DNA from: an uncultured Cytophagia bacterium | Lineage (GTDB): Bacteria > Zhuqueibacterota > Zhuqueibacteria > Residuimicrobiales > Krinioviventaceae | Direction of reading: 5' to 3' | Length of the DNA: 64,000 nt | Assembly: GCA_964607755.1 (NCBI GenBank) | Contig: CAZSMC010000006.1 | Span: forward strand, 19,955 to 83,954 | Shown: positions 44,206 through 54,850 of the stretch, in pieces | Layout of the letters: each line of letters begins with the position of its first letter | How positions within the stretch are numbered: position 1 is the first letter of the stretch | The notes under the pieces: generated by a model | The model's input: the letters and a program-made list of their open reading frames with translations, nothing else | The model's database searches: none | Told to the model about the DNA's origin: nothing | Position numbers and translations under genes: made by a program

Positions 44206-45150
44206 ATGCAAAATTTCATTACTGCACTCGATATTGTTGCACCGGTCTTTTTCTTAATCTTTATTGGGTTTTGGCTCCAGCGCCGCCAAATCATCAACGA
44301 TAATTTTAACCGAACTGCTTCCAAAATCGTGTTTCAGGTAGCTTTGCCAGCGCTTGTTTTTGAACGCATCGCTACTACCCGTTTTGCCGAGGTGTTCAGT
44401 ATAAAGCTCATTGCATTTGGCATTCTTATCATTTCAGGCTTGTTCGGATTATTCTCTTTATTTTCCGGATTTTGTTGCAAAACCGGGCGTGACCAGGGGG
44501 CGTTTATTCAGGGTAGCGTGAGAAGCAACTTTGCGATTCTTGGCATGGCGCTTATCTACAATGCTTTTGGGAAAACTGCGCTGAGCAAGGCTGCCATTTT
44601 TCTGGCGCTTATCTTGCCGTTTTTTAACATCTATTCTGTTTTAGCGCTGGTTTTGCCTCTGCACAAGGAAGAATCCGTATCGATTTGGAAGACGTTTGTG
44701 GATATTGTTAAAAACCCGCTAATCATTGCCGCTTTTGTTGCCCTGCCGTTTTCTGTTTTTCACATTCCGATTCATGATATTTTCACTAAAACCATTGGCT
44801 ATTTATCCAATCTCACCCTGCCCCTGGCTTTGTTGGCCATTGGCGGACAACTCACTTTTCAGAGCATGCGCGATGATTTCCGGGAAGCTGCCTGGGCGGG
44901 AATAAATAAAATAATTCTTATGCCGTTTATTATCACTTTTTTGGCGATTTTGTTCGGTTTTCGGGGTGAGAATCTTGGCGTTTTGTTTTTCCTCGGCGCA
45001 GCCCCGACAGCTATTTCCAGCTATCCGATGGCAGATGCTCTGGGAAGCAACGCCCGGTTGGCTGGAAATATTATTCTCATAACCACCGTGGGGGCAATTT
45101 TTACTGTCTCTGCTGGTATTTTTATTTTAAAAACTATGGGTTATTTTTAG
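44206..45150 (+). CDS. AEC-family (auxin-efflux-carrier / malate permease-like) membrane transporter
   Basis: 314 aa, about 10 transmembrane segments. The N-terminus 'MQNFITALDIVAPVFFLIFIGF' is typical of the AEC family. Confidence 0.65.
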   Translation: MQNFITALDIVAPVFFLIFIGFWLQRRQIINDNFNRTASKIVFQVALPALVFERIATTRFAEVFSIKLIAFGILIISGLFGLFSLFSGFCCKTGRDQGAFIQGSVRSNFAILGMALIYNAFGKTALSKAAIFLALILPFFNIYSVLALVLPLHKEESVSIWKTFVDIVKNPLIIAAFVALPFSVFHIPIHDIFTKTIGYLSNLTLPLALLAIGGQLTFQSMRDDFREAAWAGINKIILMPFIITFLAILFGFRGENLGVLFFLGAAPTAISSYPMADALGSNARLAGNIILITTVGAIFTVSAGIFILKTMGYF

Positions 45151-45159
45151 GAGGAGGTT

Positions 45160-45843
45160 ATGAACGACCATTTGTTTTTGCACGAGGAATTACTGCTCCT
45201 GGCATTGTGTGACCAGAAAGGCACGATCCACTCAAACACCGATTATAATTACGCCATTGCCGGCGGGATTATGGCAGAATTGTTACTACACAACCGAATA
45301 GAACTATCCTCATCAAAAAAGAAACAGGTTCGAATTACAGATGCTACGCCGTTAGGAAACCGGCTTGTGGATGATGTTCTGGGTAAAATCAGGGTATCTA
45401 AAAGACAGAAAACTTTGCAAACCTGGATTCAAAAATGTGCCCAAACCGGGAAAATCAAGCACAAGGTAGCGGAACCGCTTGTTCAACAAGGACTTTTAAG
45501 AATGGAGCAGGACAAAGTGATGGGACTTTTTCCGCGTAAACGCTATCCTACAGTGAACCGCCAGCCGGAGCAAGGCATCATTCAGCGGATCCGTCAGGCT
45601 GTTCTGAACGATTCTGATGACCTTGAACCGCGAACGGTTCTGCTGATTTCTCTGGCAAAAAGCACCAACCTTTTAAAAACCTGCCTCGACAAAAGAGAAA
45701 TCAAGCAGCATAAAGATCGCATAAAAAAAATTATCAACGGAGAGTTTGTCGGTAGCGCAACCACAGAAGCTATTCAAGCCATGCAGGCCGCAGCAGCAGC
45801 AGTTGCAGTGACGACAGTCGCAGCATCAGCCGGAAATCGATAA
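45160..45843 (+). CDS. GPP34/GOLPH3-family protein
   Basis: 'LHEELLLLALCDQKGTIHS...YAIAGGIMAELLLHNRIEL' is the GPP34 signature. Confidence 0.55.
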   Translation: MNDHLFLHEELLLLALCDQKGTIHSNTDYNYAIAGGIMAELLLHNRIELSSSKKKQVRITDATPLGNRLVDDVLGKIRVSKRQKTLQTWIQKCAQTGKIKHKVAEPLVQQGLLRMEQDKVMGLFPRKRYPTVNRQPEQGIIQRIRQAVLNDSDDLEPRTVLLISLAKSTNLLKTCLDKREIKQHKDRIKKIINGEFVGSATTEAIQAMQAAAAAVAVTTVAASAGNR

Positions 45844-45910
45844 AATTTGAGTCAAATGTAAAAGTTAAAGATTTTATTCTGGAATGGCCGGAGCTCAAAT
45901 GTGACCGGAT

Positions 45911-46666
45911 TCAAATGAGTCCGAGAAAACGAAGAGCTTCGCTGGCGGCTTTTTGCTCGGCACGTTTTTTAGAATAGCCTTCACCATAACCTACTTTTTG
46001 GTGATCTACTGTAACAGAGACAGTGAAAAGTTTTTTGTGGTCAGGGCCTTCTTCTTTTTCAGTGTTATAAAACGGACCGTCCAGGCCCAGGCTCTGGCAA
46101 TGTTCCTGCAGCAGACTTTTATTGTTGCGTAAATGTCCGTTATTTAAAAGCCTGTCCAATTGATCAGTGATATTTTTGTGAATGAATTTTCTGGCAGCTT
46201 CCAGGCCGCCGTCCAGATATACCGCGCCAATAATCGCTTCCACGGCATCGGCTAAAATGGACTTCCGTTTCCGGCCTCCGGAGCGCGCTTCGGATTCATT
46301 TAAAAGAATGTACCGCCCCAGCTCGAATTCTGTGGCTATATCCGCTAAAAGCCGTCCACTTACTAGCAGTGATTTGTAATTCGTCAAAATACCCTCGGTT
46401 TCATTGGGATATTTTCTAAAAAGAAACTCTGTTACCACGAGTCCAAGCACAGAATCTCCAAGCAATTCAAGCCGTTCATTGGAAGCGATTCTGGGTTCGC
46501 CGGAATACGCTAAATAAGAACGGTGTTTGAGCGCCTGAAAGAGCAAATCTTTATTGCTGAATTTGTAATTCAGACGCTCACAAAGCTCATCCAGATTCGT
46601 ATCCACTTTCGCCGATTTTTCAGCAAAAAGTTGCAGGACAAATTGCTTGAGGGATTTGGGAAGCAT
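45911..46666 (-). CDS. rnc: Ribonuclease III
   Basis: 'ERLELLGDSVLGLVVTEFLF' catalytic motif. C-terminal dsRBD 'KKLFTVSVTVDHQKVGYGEGYSKKRAEQKAASEAL'. Confidence 0.85.
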   Translation of the reverse strand: MLPKSLKQFVLQLFAEKSAKVDTNLDELCERLNYKFSNKDLLFQALKHRSYLAYSGEPRIASNERLELLGDSVLGLVVTEFLFRKYPNETEGILTNYKSLLVSGRLLADIATEFELGRYILLNESEARSGGRKRKSILADAVEAIIGAVYLDGGLEAARKFIHKNITDQLDRLLNNGHLRNNKSLLQEHCQSLGLDGPFYNTEKEEGPDHKKLFTVSVTVDHQKVGYGEGYSKKRAEQKAASEALRFLGLI

Positions 46667-46672
46667 ATCTGA

Positions 46673-47920
46673 TTAATCACCTGTATATTTTTTAAAAGCA
46701 ATACACGCATTGTGTCCGCCGAACCCAAAAGAATTTGACAGCGCACATTTCACATCCATTTCCCTGGCTGTATTTGGAATGTAATCAAGATCGCACTCCG
46801 GGTCCGGTTTTTCGTAGTTGATTGTCGGATGAAAAAGGCCGTGCTTAAGAGACAGTACAGTCGCCATTGCTTCAATAGCACCTGAAGCCCCAAGCATGTG
46901 GCCAACCATAGATTTCGTAGAACTAATAGCCAATTTTTTGGCACGATCGCCAAAAATCGTTTTAATAGCTGTAGTTTCAACCCGGTCATTCGGCGGAGTC
47001 GACGTGCCGTGTGCATTAATATACCCGACATCTTTAGGATCGATTTCCGCGTCCTGCATGGCAATTTTCATCGCGCGTGCTGCTCCGTCTCCATCCGGGT
47101 CAGGCGCTGTGATGTGATAAGCATCGCACGTGAAACCCACGCCTGAAATTTCACCATAAATATTCGCACCCCGGTTTTTGGCATGTTCCAATTCTTCCAG
47201 AACAAGAATCGCGCCGCCCTCCCCCATGACAAACCCGTCCCGGTCCGCGTCAAAAGGCCGGCTCGCCTTTTCCGGCTCGTCATTTCGGGTGGAAATGGCT
47301 TTCAAAGCGTTAAATCCGGCAACTCCCATACCTGTGAGCGGAGCTTCACTACCACCGGCAACCATTGAAATAGCCTTGCCGTAATGAATGGCATTGAACG
47401 CTTCACCCAGTGCATGAGAAGCCGATGCGCACGCCGACACAGTACAATAGTTAATTCCCTTTAGTCCGTATTTGATGGCGATATAGCCGGGTGAAATATC
47501 CGGGATTAATTTTGGTATAAAGAAAGGGCTGACTTTTTTTGCACCTGATTTTCGGAATAGTTCGAGTTGTTCCCCAAAAGTGTTCATTCCGCCAATTCCG
47601 GATGCGATGATAGCTCCCACGAGTTCGGTATTCACTTTGGAAAAATCGATTCCGGAATCCTGGATCGCTTTATCAGCAGCAACCACAGCGAATTGGGTAA
47701 ACAAATCCATATGCCGGGCTTGCTTACGTTCCATGTAAGTTAACGGGTCGAAATTCTTGACTTCTGCAGCAATTTTGGTTGCATGGGGTTCGGGGTCCGT
47801 CCGGGTTAGCGGTCCGACTCCACTTTTGCCATTGACCAGGTTATCCCAAAATTCGTCAATCGCATGTCCAAGCGGGGAAACAAGTCCCATACCCGTAACC
47901 ACGACTCGTTTTCCGTTCAT
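46673..47920 (-). CDS. fabF: 3-oxoacyl-ACP synthase II
   Basis: 415 aa. Cys-His-His context 'CASASHA', 'HGTSTP', 'GHMLGASG'. Confidence 0.9.
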   Translation of the reverse strand: MNGKRVVVTGMGLVSPLGHAIDEFWDNLVNGKSGVGPLTRTDPEPHATKIAAEVKNFDPLTYMERKQARHMDLFTQFAVVAADKAIQDSGIDFSKVNTELVGAIIASGIGGMNTFGEQLELFRKSGAKKVSPFFIPKLIPDISPGYIAIKYGLKGINYCTVSACASASHALGEAFNAIHYGKAISMVAGGSEAPLTGMGVAGFNALKAISTRNDEPEKASRPFDADRDGFVMGEGGAILVLEELEHAKNRGANIYGEISGVGFTCDAYHITAPDPDGDGAARAMKIAMQDAEIDPKDVGYINAHGTSTPPNDRVETTAIKTIFGDRAKKLAISSTKSMVGHMLGASGAIEAMATVLSLKHGLFHPTINYEKPDPECDLDYIPNTAREMDVKCALSNSFGFGGHNACIAFKKYTGD

Positions 47921-48055
47921 TTGCTCCTCTTGGCTTGTTCATTCTTTACGTACCCGCGTACTGTTCCGGTTAGGAACAACGGTGCACCATGGTATTCGCA
48001 TACAATTAAAAAAGGGCAGCCACAGCCGCCCATCTGTGCTTGTGTGTTTTTTTTA

Positions 48056-48289
48056 TTAGCCTTTTTTTTCTTTGAGATAATTCAAGGCATCTCCGACCGT
48101 CTGAAGCTTTTCTGCTTCTTCGTCCGGAATTTCCATTCCGAATTCTTCTTCAAATGCCATAACCAACTCTACAGTATCCAGAGAGTCGGCTCCTAAATCA
48201 TCGATAAAAGAAGCTTCCGGAGTCACTTCGCTGGCATCTACGCCCAACTGTTCAACGATAATTTCTTTAACGCGGTCTTGCATAGACAT
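48056..48289 (-). CDS. acpP: Acyl carrier protein
   Basis: 77 aa. '[21 protein letters not shown]'. Confidence 0.9.
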   Translation of the reverse strand: MSMQDRVKEIIVEQLGVDASEVTPEASFIDDLGADSLDTVELVMAFEEEFGMEIPDEEAEKLQTVGDALNYLKEKKG

Positions 48290-48352
48290 TATAATCTTCC
48301 TCCTGAAATTTTGTTAAGAGTTAATGTATAAAATATTACAATTCAGTACAAC

Positions 48353-49096
48353 TCACATAACCATGCCGCCGTCACAATTCAGCACCTGGCCTGTCATGTA
48401 ATCTGAAAGCGGGCTGGCCAGAAAAAGAACGACATTGGCAACATCCCGAGGCTGTCCGGCGCGATTTAACGGAATGACGTTCATAAACGCCTCAATCGCA
48501 GAATCGGGCAACTTTTTTGTCATTTCCGTTTCAATATAGCCCGGCGCCACCGCATTGACCTGAATATTGCGGGAACCGAATTCTTTGGCAATGCTTTTGG
48601 TAAAGCCAATCACTCCGGCTTTGGAAGCGGAATAATTTGCCTGCCCGGCGTTACCCATAATACCGACCACTGAAGCTATGTTGATGATCTTGCCGCTCTT
48701 TTGTTTCATCAGCGGACGGGTTGCTGCCTTTGTACAATTGAAGGTTCCTTTTAAATTGACAGCGATAACGCTATCCCAATCTTTTTCGTCCATACGCATC
48801 AGCAATTTGTCACGGGTAATTCCGGCATTGTTGATCAGGATATCAAAGCTGTTAAATTCATCTATTGTTTTCCTTATCAATTTTTCAGCATCATTATACG
48901 AGGACACATCGGTTTGGACAGCAATGGCATTGCAGTCCATATCGCGGATAGAAGCTGCTGTTTTTTCAGCGCCGTCTTTATCTACGTCAGAGATGACGAG
49001 ATGACATCCCGCTTCTGCCAACCGCGTGGCAATCGAAGCACCGATGCCCCGGGCACCGCCGGTTATAATTGCGACTTTGTTGTGTAAATCGATCAA
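48353..49096 (-). CDS. fabG: 3-oxoacyl-ACP reductase
   Basis: SDR family. 'ITGGARGIG', 'NAG', 'YSASKAG'. Confidence 0.9.
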   Translation of the reverse strand: MIDLHNKVAIITGGARGIGASIATRLAEAGCHLVISDVDKDGAEKTAASIRDMDCNAIAVQTDVSSYNDAEKLIRKTIDEFNSFDILINNAGITRDKLLMRMDEKDWDSVIAVNLKGTFNCTKAATRPLMKQKSGKIINIASVVGIMGNAGQANYSASKAGVIGFTKSIAKEFGSRNIQVNAVAPGYIETEMTKKLPDSAIEAFMNVIPLNRAGQPRDVANVVLFLASPLSDYMTGQVLNCDGGMVM

Positions 49097-50031
49097 TGGG
49101 CCTCCTCTATCACTTTTACTAATTGTTCTGCTGTACCAACATTGATTGCCGGGACAGATTTGTCGATACGGCGTAAAAGACCGCTCAACACTTTTCCGGC
49201 GCCAATTTCATAGAATGTATCAGCACCGGCAGCGATCATATTACGAATCGTATCCATCCACATGACCGGACTGACGAGTTGCTTTTCAAGCAATTGTTGG
49301 ATGGATTGGCAATTCTGCGCAGGTTGCGCTGTAACGTTATGATAAACAGGTCGTTCTGGTGGTTTGCAATTGACTTTTGCCAGGGCTGAGGAGAATGTGT
49401 CCAGAGCTGGCTGCATTAGATGAGAATGAAATGCACCGCTGACATTAAGAGGAACGGCGCGCCTGGCGCCAGCGTTTTTTGCCAGCTCGATGGCTTTTAC
49501 TATACCATCGATTTCTCCGGATATGACAATCTGTTCCGGTGAGTTATAGTTGGCAATCGATACAGAACCAGTTTTTGCCGCTTTTTGGCATACATCTTTA
49601 AGTGTATCTTTATCAAGTCCAATAATAGCAGCCATGGAACCTTTCTGATAGGTATTGGCATTTCCCATCAAATCACCGCGAAGTTTTACCAAACCCAGTC
49701 CGGTTTCAAAATCAAAACTTTTTGCTGTAGCCAGAGCAGAGTATTCACCCAGACTGTGACCGGCCATCATGTGTGGTGTAACATGAGGTTCAAGTTTTTC
49801 AAACAACACGAAACTATGAACAAAGAGCGCAGGTTGCGTAATGTTTGTCTGCGATAATTCTTCTACCGGTCCTTCAAAAGAAAGTTTGGCAACATCAAAA
49901 CCGAGGATTTCATTAGCCTGTTCGTATCGATCCCGCACATCGGCGTACGCCTCGAACAGGTCGCGCCCCATGCCCACATATTGTGATCCCTGACCCGGAA
50001 AAAGAAATGATGTTTTACGTGCTATGTTCAT
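49093..50031 (-). CDS. fabD: Malonyl-CoA:ACP transacylase
   Basis: 'FLFPGQGSQYVGMG', 'GHSLGEYSAL'. Confidence 0.9.
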   Translation of the reverse strand: MNIARKTSFLFPGQGSQYVGMGRDLFEAYADVRDRYEQANEILGFDVAKLSFEGPVEELSQTNITQPALFVHSFVLFEKLEPHVTPHMMAGHSLGEYSALATAKSFDFETGLGLVKLRGDLMGNANTYQKGSMAAIIGLDKDTLKDVCQKAAKTGSVSIANYNSPEQIVISGEIDGIVKAIELAKNAGARRAVPLNVSGAFHSHLMQPALDTFSSALAKVNCKPPERPVYHNVTAQPAQNCQSIQQLLEKQLVSPVMWMDTIRNMIAAGADTFYEIGAGKVLSGLLRRIDKSVPAINVGTAEQLVKVIEEAH

Positions 50032-50043
50032 TTTTCAGGATTT

Positions 50044-51033
50044 TTAAAACCGGATGGCTGCGCTTGCCCATGTAAATCCACCGCCAAAAGCAGCCAGCAC
50101 AGCTACATCTCCGTCTTTTAATCGACCTTGGTTAATGGCTTCATAAAGGGCAATTGGGATTGAAGCCGCAGAAGTGTTGCCATATTTATTCACATTAATA
50201 AATACGCGTTCGGGTGGCAATTTTATACGTTTAGCCGTGGCATCAATAATTCTGATATTCGCCTGATGTGGAATGAGCAGATCTACTTCCGCCGTAGTTA
50301 GTCCGGCTTTTTCTAAAATATGCTCTGCTGCGTCACCCATACAGGTCACGGCGTGCTTAAAGACCTCGCGTCCCTGCATTGAAATGTAATGCAGCCGTTT
50401 TTCATAATTCTCCGGAGTAGGCGGATATTTTGTGCCACGACCTTTCATATACAAAAGTTTATAAAGCCGGCCGTCACTTTTTGTCATCGTCGCCAGAATA
50501 CCGTGATCATTATTTGAAGGCTGTATTACTGCAGCTCCGGCTCCGTCACCAAACAGCACACAAGTGTTACGATCAGTATAGTCGGTAATTTTTGAAAGCG
50601 TTTCACCGCCGATAACCAGTACATTTTTCGCCCGGCCATTGGCAATTAAAGAATCTGCCAGTTCCAGGCCATAAATAAATCCAGAGCACGTTGCCGAGAT
50701 ATCCATAGCCGATGCATTAAAGGCGCCAATATTTCTTTGCACTAACACTGCAGTAGCTGGAAAACCGATATCCGGAGTTACAGTACCCAGAATAATGGCA
50801 TCGATATCCCTGGCTTTTACATGAGCATCAGCCATGGCATTTTTAGCGGCTTCCGTGCACAAGTCTGATGTGTACTGTCCTTCTTCTGCGATGTGTCTGT
50901 TTTCAATACCGGTGCGGGCTCGAATCCACTCGTCACTCGTATCGACCATTTGTTCCAAATCGTGGTTGGATAACGTCTTTTTGGGTATTCCTATTCCAAT
51001 TCCGGCTATCTTGGATCGAATTTTTTCTGTCAA
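50044..51033 (-). CDS. fabH: 3-oxoacyl-ACP synthase III (housekeeping copy)
   Basis: 'ATCSGF', 'HQANIRI', 'GNTSAASIP'. Within the plsX-fab cluster. Confidence 0.9.
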   Translation of the reverse strand: MTEKIRSKIAGIGIGIPKKTLSNHDLEQMVDTSDEWIRARTGIENRHIAEEGQYTSDLCTEAAKNAMADAHVKARDIDAIILGTVTPDIGFPATAVLVQRNIGAFNASAMDISATCSGFIYGLELADSLIANGRAKNVLVIGGETLSKITDYTDRNTCVLFGDGAGAAVIQPSNNDHGILATMTKSDGRLYKLLYMKGRGTKYPPTPENYEKRLHYISMQGREVFKHAVTCMGDAAEHILEKAGLTTAEVDLLIPHQANIRIIDATAKRIKLPPERVFINVNKYGNTSAASIPIALYEAINQGRLKDGDVAVLAAFGGGFTWASAAIRF

Positions 51034-51036
51034 AAA

Positions 51037-52086
51037 TTATCCTTTCCTATCGATGTCAGCTTTTTCTTTTTCACGAGCGCTATATTTCGCGATTTCGGTT
51101 TTAATATGATCATTGACATTTTCAGAAACCATCTTGTAGGCAGCAAAAATAGCATTGCGAATAGCCCGCGGTGTGGATTTCCCGTGAGCAATAATACAGG
51201 AACCATTGACACCCAAAAGCGGAGCGCCGCCGTATTCCTGATAATCGAATAATTTTCGCATTCCATCAAAAGTGCGCTTCATAAGAGCAGCGCCAATTTG
51301 TGAAAACAGTTGTTTATGAATAAGCCTTTTGATGCTCACTTTGAGCAAAGGATGCAAGCTTTCTGCTGTTTTAAGAACAATATTGCCGGTAAAGCCATCA
51401 CAGACGGTCACGTTACAAGTGCCGCGTAAGATGTCATTGCCTTCGATGTTGCCGATAAAATTTAAATGACTTTTCTCAAGTAATGAATGAGCGCGTACTG
51501 TCAACTCATTACCTTTTGATGACTCCTGGCCCATGCTTAATAATCCAACTGTTGGTTCTTCGATGTCTTTATAAAGTCGCGAATAATAGATGCTGCCCAT
51601 AATGGCAAACTGAAGAAGGTCTTCGGCACGATTGTCCGAGTTTGCCCCGGCATCGATAAGCAAAGTAGACTTGCCGCTTTCTGTCGGCAACATAGAGCCT
51701 ATGCCCGGCCGGCGGATACCCTTAATCCGCCGAAGTCCGAATAACGCTTTGGCCATAACGGCGCCGGTGTTGCCAGCGCTAACAAAAGCGTCTACTTTGC
51801 GGTCGGCGTTCAACTGTATACCCACAGCAATTGAAGAATCCGGTTTTTGCTTTAGCGCCGTCGATGGCTGCTCCTGCATGCCAACAACCTGGGAGGCGTG
51901 GTAATAGGATATAGGTAAATTTTGCGTGTAAAAATGCCGTTCCACTTCGCGCTTTAATTTGTTTATGTCACCGACAAGCATCACCTCAAAATTATTTTTC
52001 GAAGCGCGAGCTGCTTCTATGCCTCCATGAACAACATCGTAAGGTGCATTATCTCCCCCCATGGCATCTAAAGCAATTTTAATCAA
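51037..52086 (-). CDS. plsX: Phosphate acyltransferase
   Basis: 'MIKIALDAMGGDNAP'. Confidence 0.9.
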   Translation of the reverse strand: MIKIALDAMGGDNAPYDVVHGGIEAARASKNNFEVMLVGDINKLKREVERHFYTQNLPISYYHASQVVGMQEQPSTALKQKPDSSIAVGIQLNADRKVDAFVSAGNTGAVMAKALFGLRRIKGIRRPGIGSMLPTESGKSTLLIDAGANSDNRAEDLLQFAIMGSIYYSRLYKDIEEPTVGLLSMGQESSKGNELTVRAHSLLEKSHLNFIGNIEGNDILRGTCNVTVCDGFTGNIVLKTAESLHPLLKVSIKRLIHKQLFSQIGAALMKRTFDGMRKLFDYQEYGGAPLLGVNGSCIIAHGKSTPRAIRNAIFAAYKMVSENVNDHIKTEIAKYSAREKEKADIDRKG

Positions 52087-52162
52087 ATTGAAGCTCCGGA
52101 TTTTAGGTACGCATACGCTATTGAAATTATCCTATTTGTATGCGAATTGGCGGGCATTTAAC

Positions 52163-52345
52163 TCACGATTCTCTTGGAAGAAATATTGATCGTCCTTTAT
52201 AATATCCACAACTGGGACACGCTCTGTGCGGCAGTGTCGGCTGATGACAATTTGAACATTCCACTACTGTTGGTTTTGAAGCTTTCCAGTTTGCTCTATG
52301 TTTCGATCGCCGTGCTTTTGAATGTTTTCTCTTTGGTAATGCCAT
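52163..52345 (-). CDS. rpmF: 50S ribosomal protein L32
   Basis: 'MALPKRKHSKARRSKHR...CSNCHQPTLPHRACPSCGYY'. Confidence 0.9.
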   Translation of the reverse strand: MALPKRKHSKARRSKHRANWKASKPTVVECSNCHQPTLPHRACPSCGYYKGRSIFLPRES

Positions 52346-52360
52346 GTTATCCTCTATCGA

Positions 52361-52873
52361 TCAACTGTTTGTGTTAAATTTTATCTTTTTTAATGCTTCC
52401 CATCTTGGGTCAATATGTTCATCTTTGCAATTACAGTCATTTTCGTTCAAATTAGTACCACAAAATTGACACAAACCACTGCAATTTTCTTTGCACAGTT
52501 TCTTAACTGGCAATGTCACCAGTAGTGTTTGACGAATCGATTCGGTTATATTTATGTCCAATTCCCCTTCAGGGATGAGATAAATATCTTCATTTTCTTC
52601 TCTTAAAAGCTGGGGGTCTGTTGTGAGTAAAAGATCAATCGTTTCGTCAATATCTAACAAAAACTGTTCAATACATCGATCGCAGATGAGATCACTTTGT
52701 GTCTTGATATTGGTCTTGACGAAAATATCGTCATTGATCTTGTTTATATCATAGTAAATATAGATCGCTTTTTCAAAGCCATCTTGTTTGTGTAAATCAA
52801 CATCTCCGGGCATGATCTGTACATTTCGCTTTGAATGCCCTTGTGGGAGATGAGCAAACGTAAAACTGAGCAT
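52361..52873 (-). CDS. yceD: YceD/DUF177 family protein (large-subunit rRNA accumulation)
   Basis: 170 aa. C-terminal 'CxxLCxxCGxNLN...CNC'. In conserved synteny upstream of rpmF-plsX. Confidence 0.7.
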   Translation of the reverse strand: MLSFTFAHLPQGHSKRNVQIMPGDVDLHKQDGFEKAIYIYYDINKINDDIFVKTNIKTQSDLICDRCIEQFLLDIDETIDLLLTTDPQLLREENEDIYLIPEGELDINITESIRQTLLVTLPVKKLCKENCSGLCQFCGTNLNENDCNCKDEHIDPRWEALKKIKFNTNS

Positions 52874-52964
52874 GATTCATTTCACCTCCAAATCATTCAA
52901 AAATGTAGCAATTAATCTTGCAATAGTCAAGCAAAAATCCAATCATTTGAACAAGATTCAGCGC

Positions 52965-53381
52965 TCATAACAGCTCTGCTGTGCTGAAAAAGAAAGAAAC
53001 TTCTGTTTTTGCCGTCTCTTGAGCATCTGAACCGTGAACCAGGTTACGTTCAACATTTTCAGCAAATTCTTTGCGAATCGTTCCTTCTGCTGCCTTCCTG
53101 GGGTCTGTATTGCCCATCAGAGCGCGCCACGATTCAATTGCATTCTCTTTTTCCAACACAGCAACAATGACCGGTCCTTCGGTCATAAAGTTGATAAGCG
53201 ATGAATAAAATGGTTTATCTTTATGAACTTTATAAAATTCCTTTGCTGTCTTTTCATCCAGATGAAGCATTTTCATTCCTGAAATTGTAAATCCGTTTTT
53301 CTGAATGCGCTCCAGCACAGTACCAACAAGTTTTTTCTTGAGACAATCCGGTTTCAAAATCGCCAGGGTTCGCTCCTGCAT
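52965..53381 (-). CDS. ndk: Nucleoside diphosphate kinase
   Basis: 'ERTLAILKPD', 'NLVHGSD'. Confidence 0.9.
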   Translation of the reverse strand: MQERTLAILKPDCLKKKLVGTVLERIQKNGFTISGMKMLHLDEKTAKEFYKVHKDKPFYSSLINFMTEGPVIVAVLEKENAIESWRALMGNTDPRKAAEGTIRKEFAENVERNLVHGSDAQETAKTEVSFFFSTAELL

Positions 53382-53415
53382 GTGATTTTCCTTTCATTCT
53401 TTTTCGTGTTTTCTA

Positions 53416-53964
53416 TTATCCAGTTATCTTTTTTGCTTCTTGAAAACCCAGATCAAAAGCCTCCATATTGATATCTTCTGTGCCTTTGGGAACGCGGGCT
53501 TGTATGGCATTTCTCATCGCTTCAACGGTAACTATTTTTGCAACACCTGCAATGATTCCCAATGCAATAATGTTCGCCACAATCGCCCGGCCGATCTTTT
53601 CTCTTGCCAGTTTGATAATCGGCACACTTACAACCCTAAAATCCCCTTCCGGCACCTGAGACACATTGTCGCTGTCCACGATGACAAGACCGTCGCGGCG
53701 AACATCGCCAATATAGCGGTCTACAGATTCTTGAGTGAGCGCCAAAAACAAATCTATGTTTACAGCTTTGGGATAATCAATGTCATCATCGGAAATAATC
53801 ACTTCGGAACGGCTTGCCCCGCCCCGGGCTTCTGGACCGTATGACTGACTTTGCGTTGCGTTCAAATCATCATAAATAGCTGCTGCCTCTGCAAGTATTT
53901 TACCAGCCAGCATTAAACCCTGTCCTCCCTCGCCGCTCAAACGGACTTCGTATCGGGAACTCAC
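53416..53964 (-). CDS. 2-oxoacid:ferredoxin oxidoreductase, gamma subunit
   Basis: 182 aa. 'RLSGEGGQGLMLAGKILAEAA'. Confidence 0.8.
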   Translation of the reverse strand: MSSRYEVRLSGEGGQGLMLAGKILAEAAAIYDDLNATQSQSYGPEARGGASRSEVIISDDDIDYPKAVNIDLFLALTQESVDRYIGDVRRDGLVIVDSDNVSQVPEGDFRVVSVPIIKLAREKIGRAIVANIIALGIIAGVAKIVTVEAMRNAIQARVPKGTEDINMEAFDLGFQEAKKITG

Positions 53965-54043
53965 AATAGCCTCCTTTGTTCCAACGTAAATTTAAATATT
54001 TTCTGACACGAATCAAAATAGAACACTGAACGAGCATATTTTT

Positions 54044-54850
54044 TCAGCAAAATTGCTCGATCAACTGCTGATATTCCTCGCGCGCTTCCGGCCGTTCTCT
54101 GTCAACAAAGATGCCGGTAACAATTTTTCCTTCTAGCTCGGCTTCCGACATCTGCCCGGCTTTGCGCATAGACACGGTGTGCTCTTTCTGCCATCTTAGC
54201 ATCTCCACCCCGGAACCTATTTTATTGCGTCTGCCAAAAGTGGTCGGACATGGTGACATGGCTTCAACCAGTGAAAATCCCTTTCGCGCGATAGCTTTGC
54301 CAATCATTTTCTCCAATTGAACGGCGTTGTAAGCCGTTCCCCGTGCCACAAAAGAGGCGCCAGCCGCTTTGGTTAATTCCGGGATGTCAAAGTAACCTTC
54401 AAAACTTCCGAACGGCGCGGTGCTGGCACGTGCCGAATACGGCGTGGTTGGCGAGACCTGGCCGCCTGTCATGCCGTAAATTTGATTATTGAAAAGTACA
54501 ACAGTGATATCAATATTCCGCCTCGCCGCATGAATCAAATGATTGCCACCAATAGCTGCAGCATCACCGTCACCGGTGACGACAATAATGTGCAGATCAG
54601 GATTTGCCATTTTTATGCCAGTGGCAAAAGCCAGCGCCCGGCCGTGAGTGGTGTGCAGGGTGTTGAAATCAACATAACCGGTTAAACGTCCCGAACAACC
54701 GATTCCTGAAACGATACACACCCGGTCTTTGGAAAGCGAATTGCTTTCAATCGCCCGGATCATTGATTTCATCACAATACCGTGTCCGCACCCCGGGCAC
54801 CAGATGAGCGGCATCTTGTCGGTACGAAGAAAATGCTGATAATCAAACAT
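54044..54850 (-). CDS. 2-oxoacid:ferredoxin oxidoreductase, beta (TPP-binding) subunit
   Basis: 'WCPGCGHG', 'GDGDAAAIGGNH'. Confidence 0.85.
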   Translation of the reverse strand: MFDYQHFLRTDKMPLIWCPGCGHGIVMKSMIRAIESNSLSKDRVCIVSGIGCSGRLTGYVDFNTLHTTHGRALAFATGIKMANPDLHIIVVTGDGDAAAIGGNHLIHAARRNIDITVVLFNNQIYGMTGGQVSPTTPYSARASTAPFGSFEGYFDIPELTKAAGASFVARGTAYNAVQLEKMIGKAIARKGFSLVEAMSPCPTTFGRRNKIGSGVEMLRWQKEHTVSMRKAGQMSEAELEGKIVTGIFVDRERPEAREEYQQLIEQFC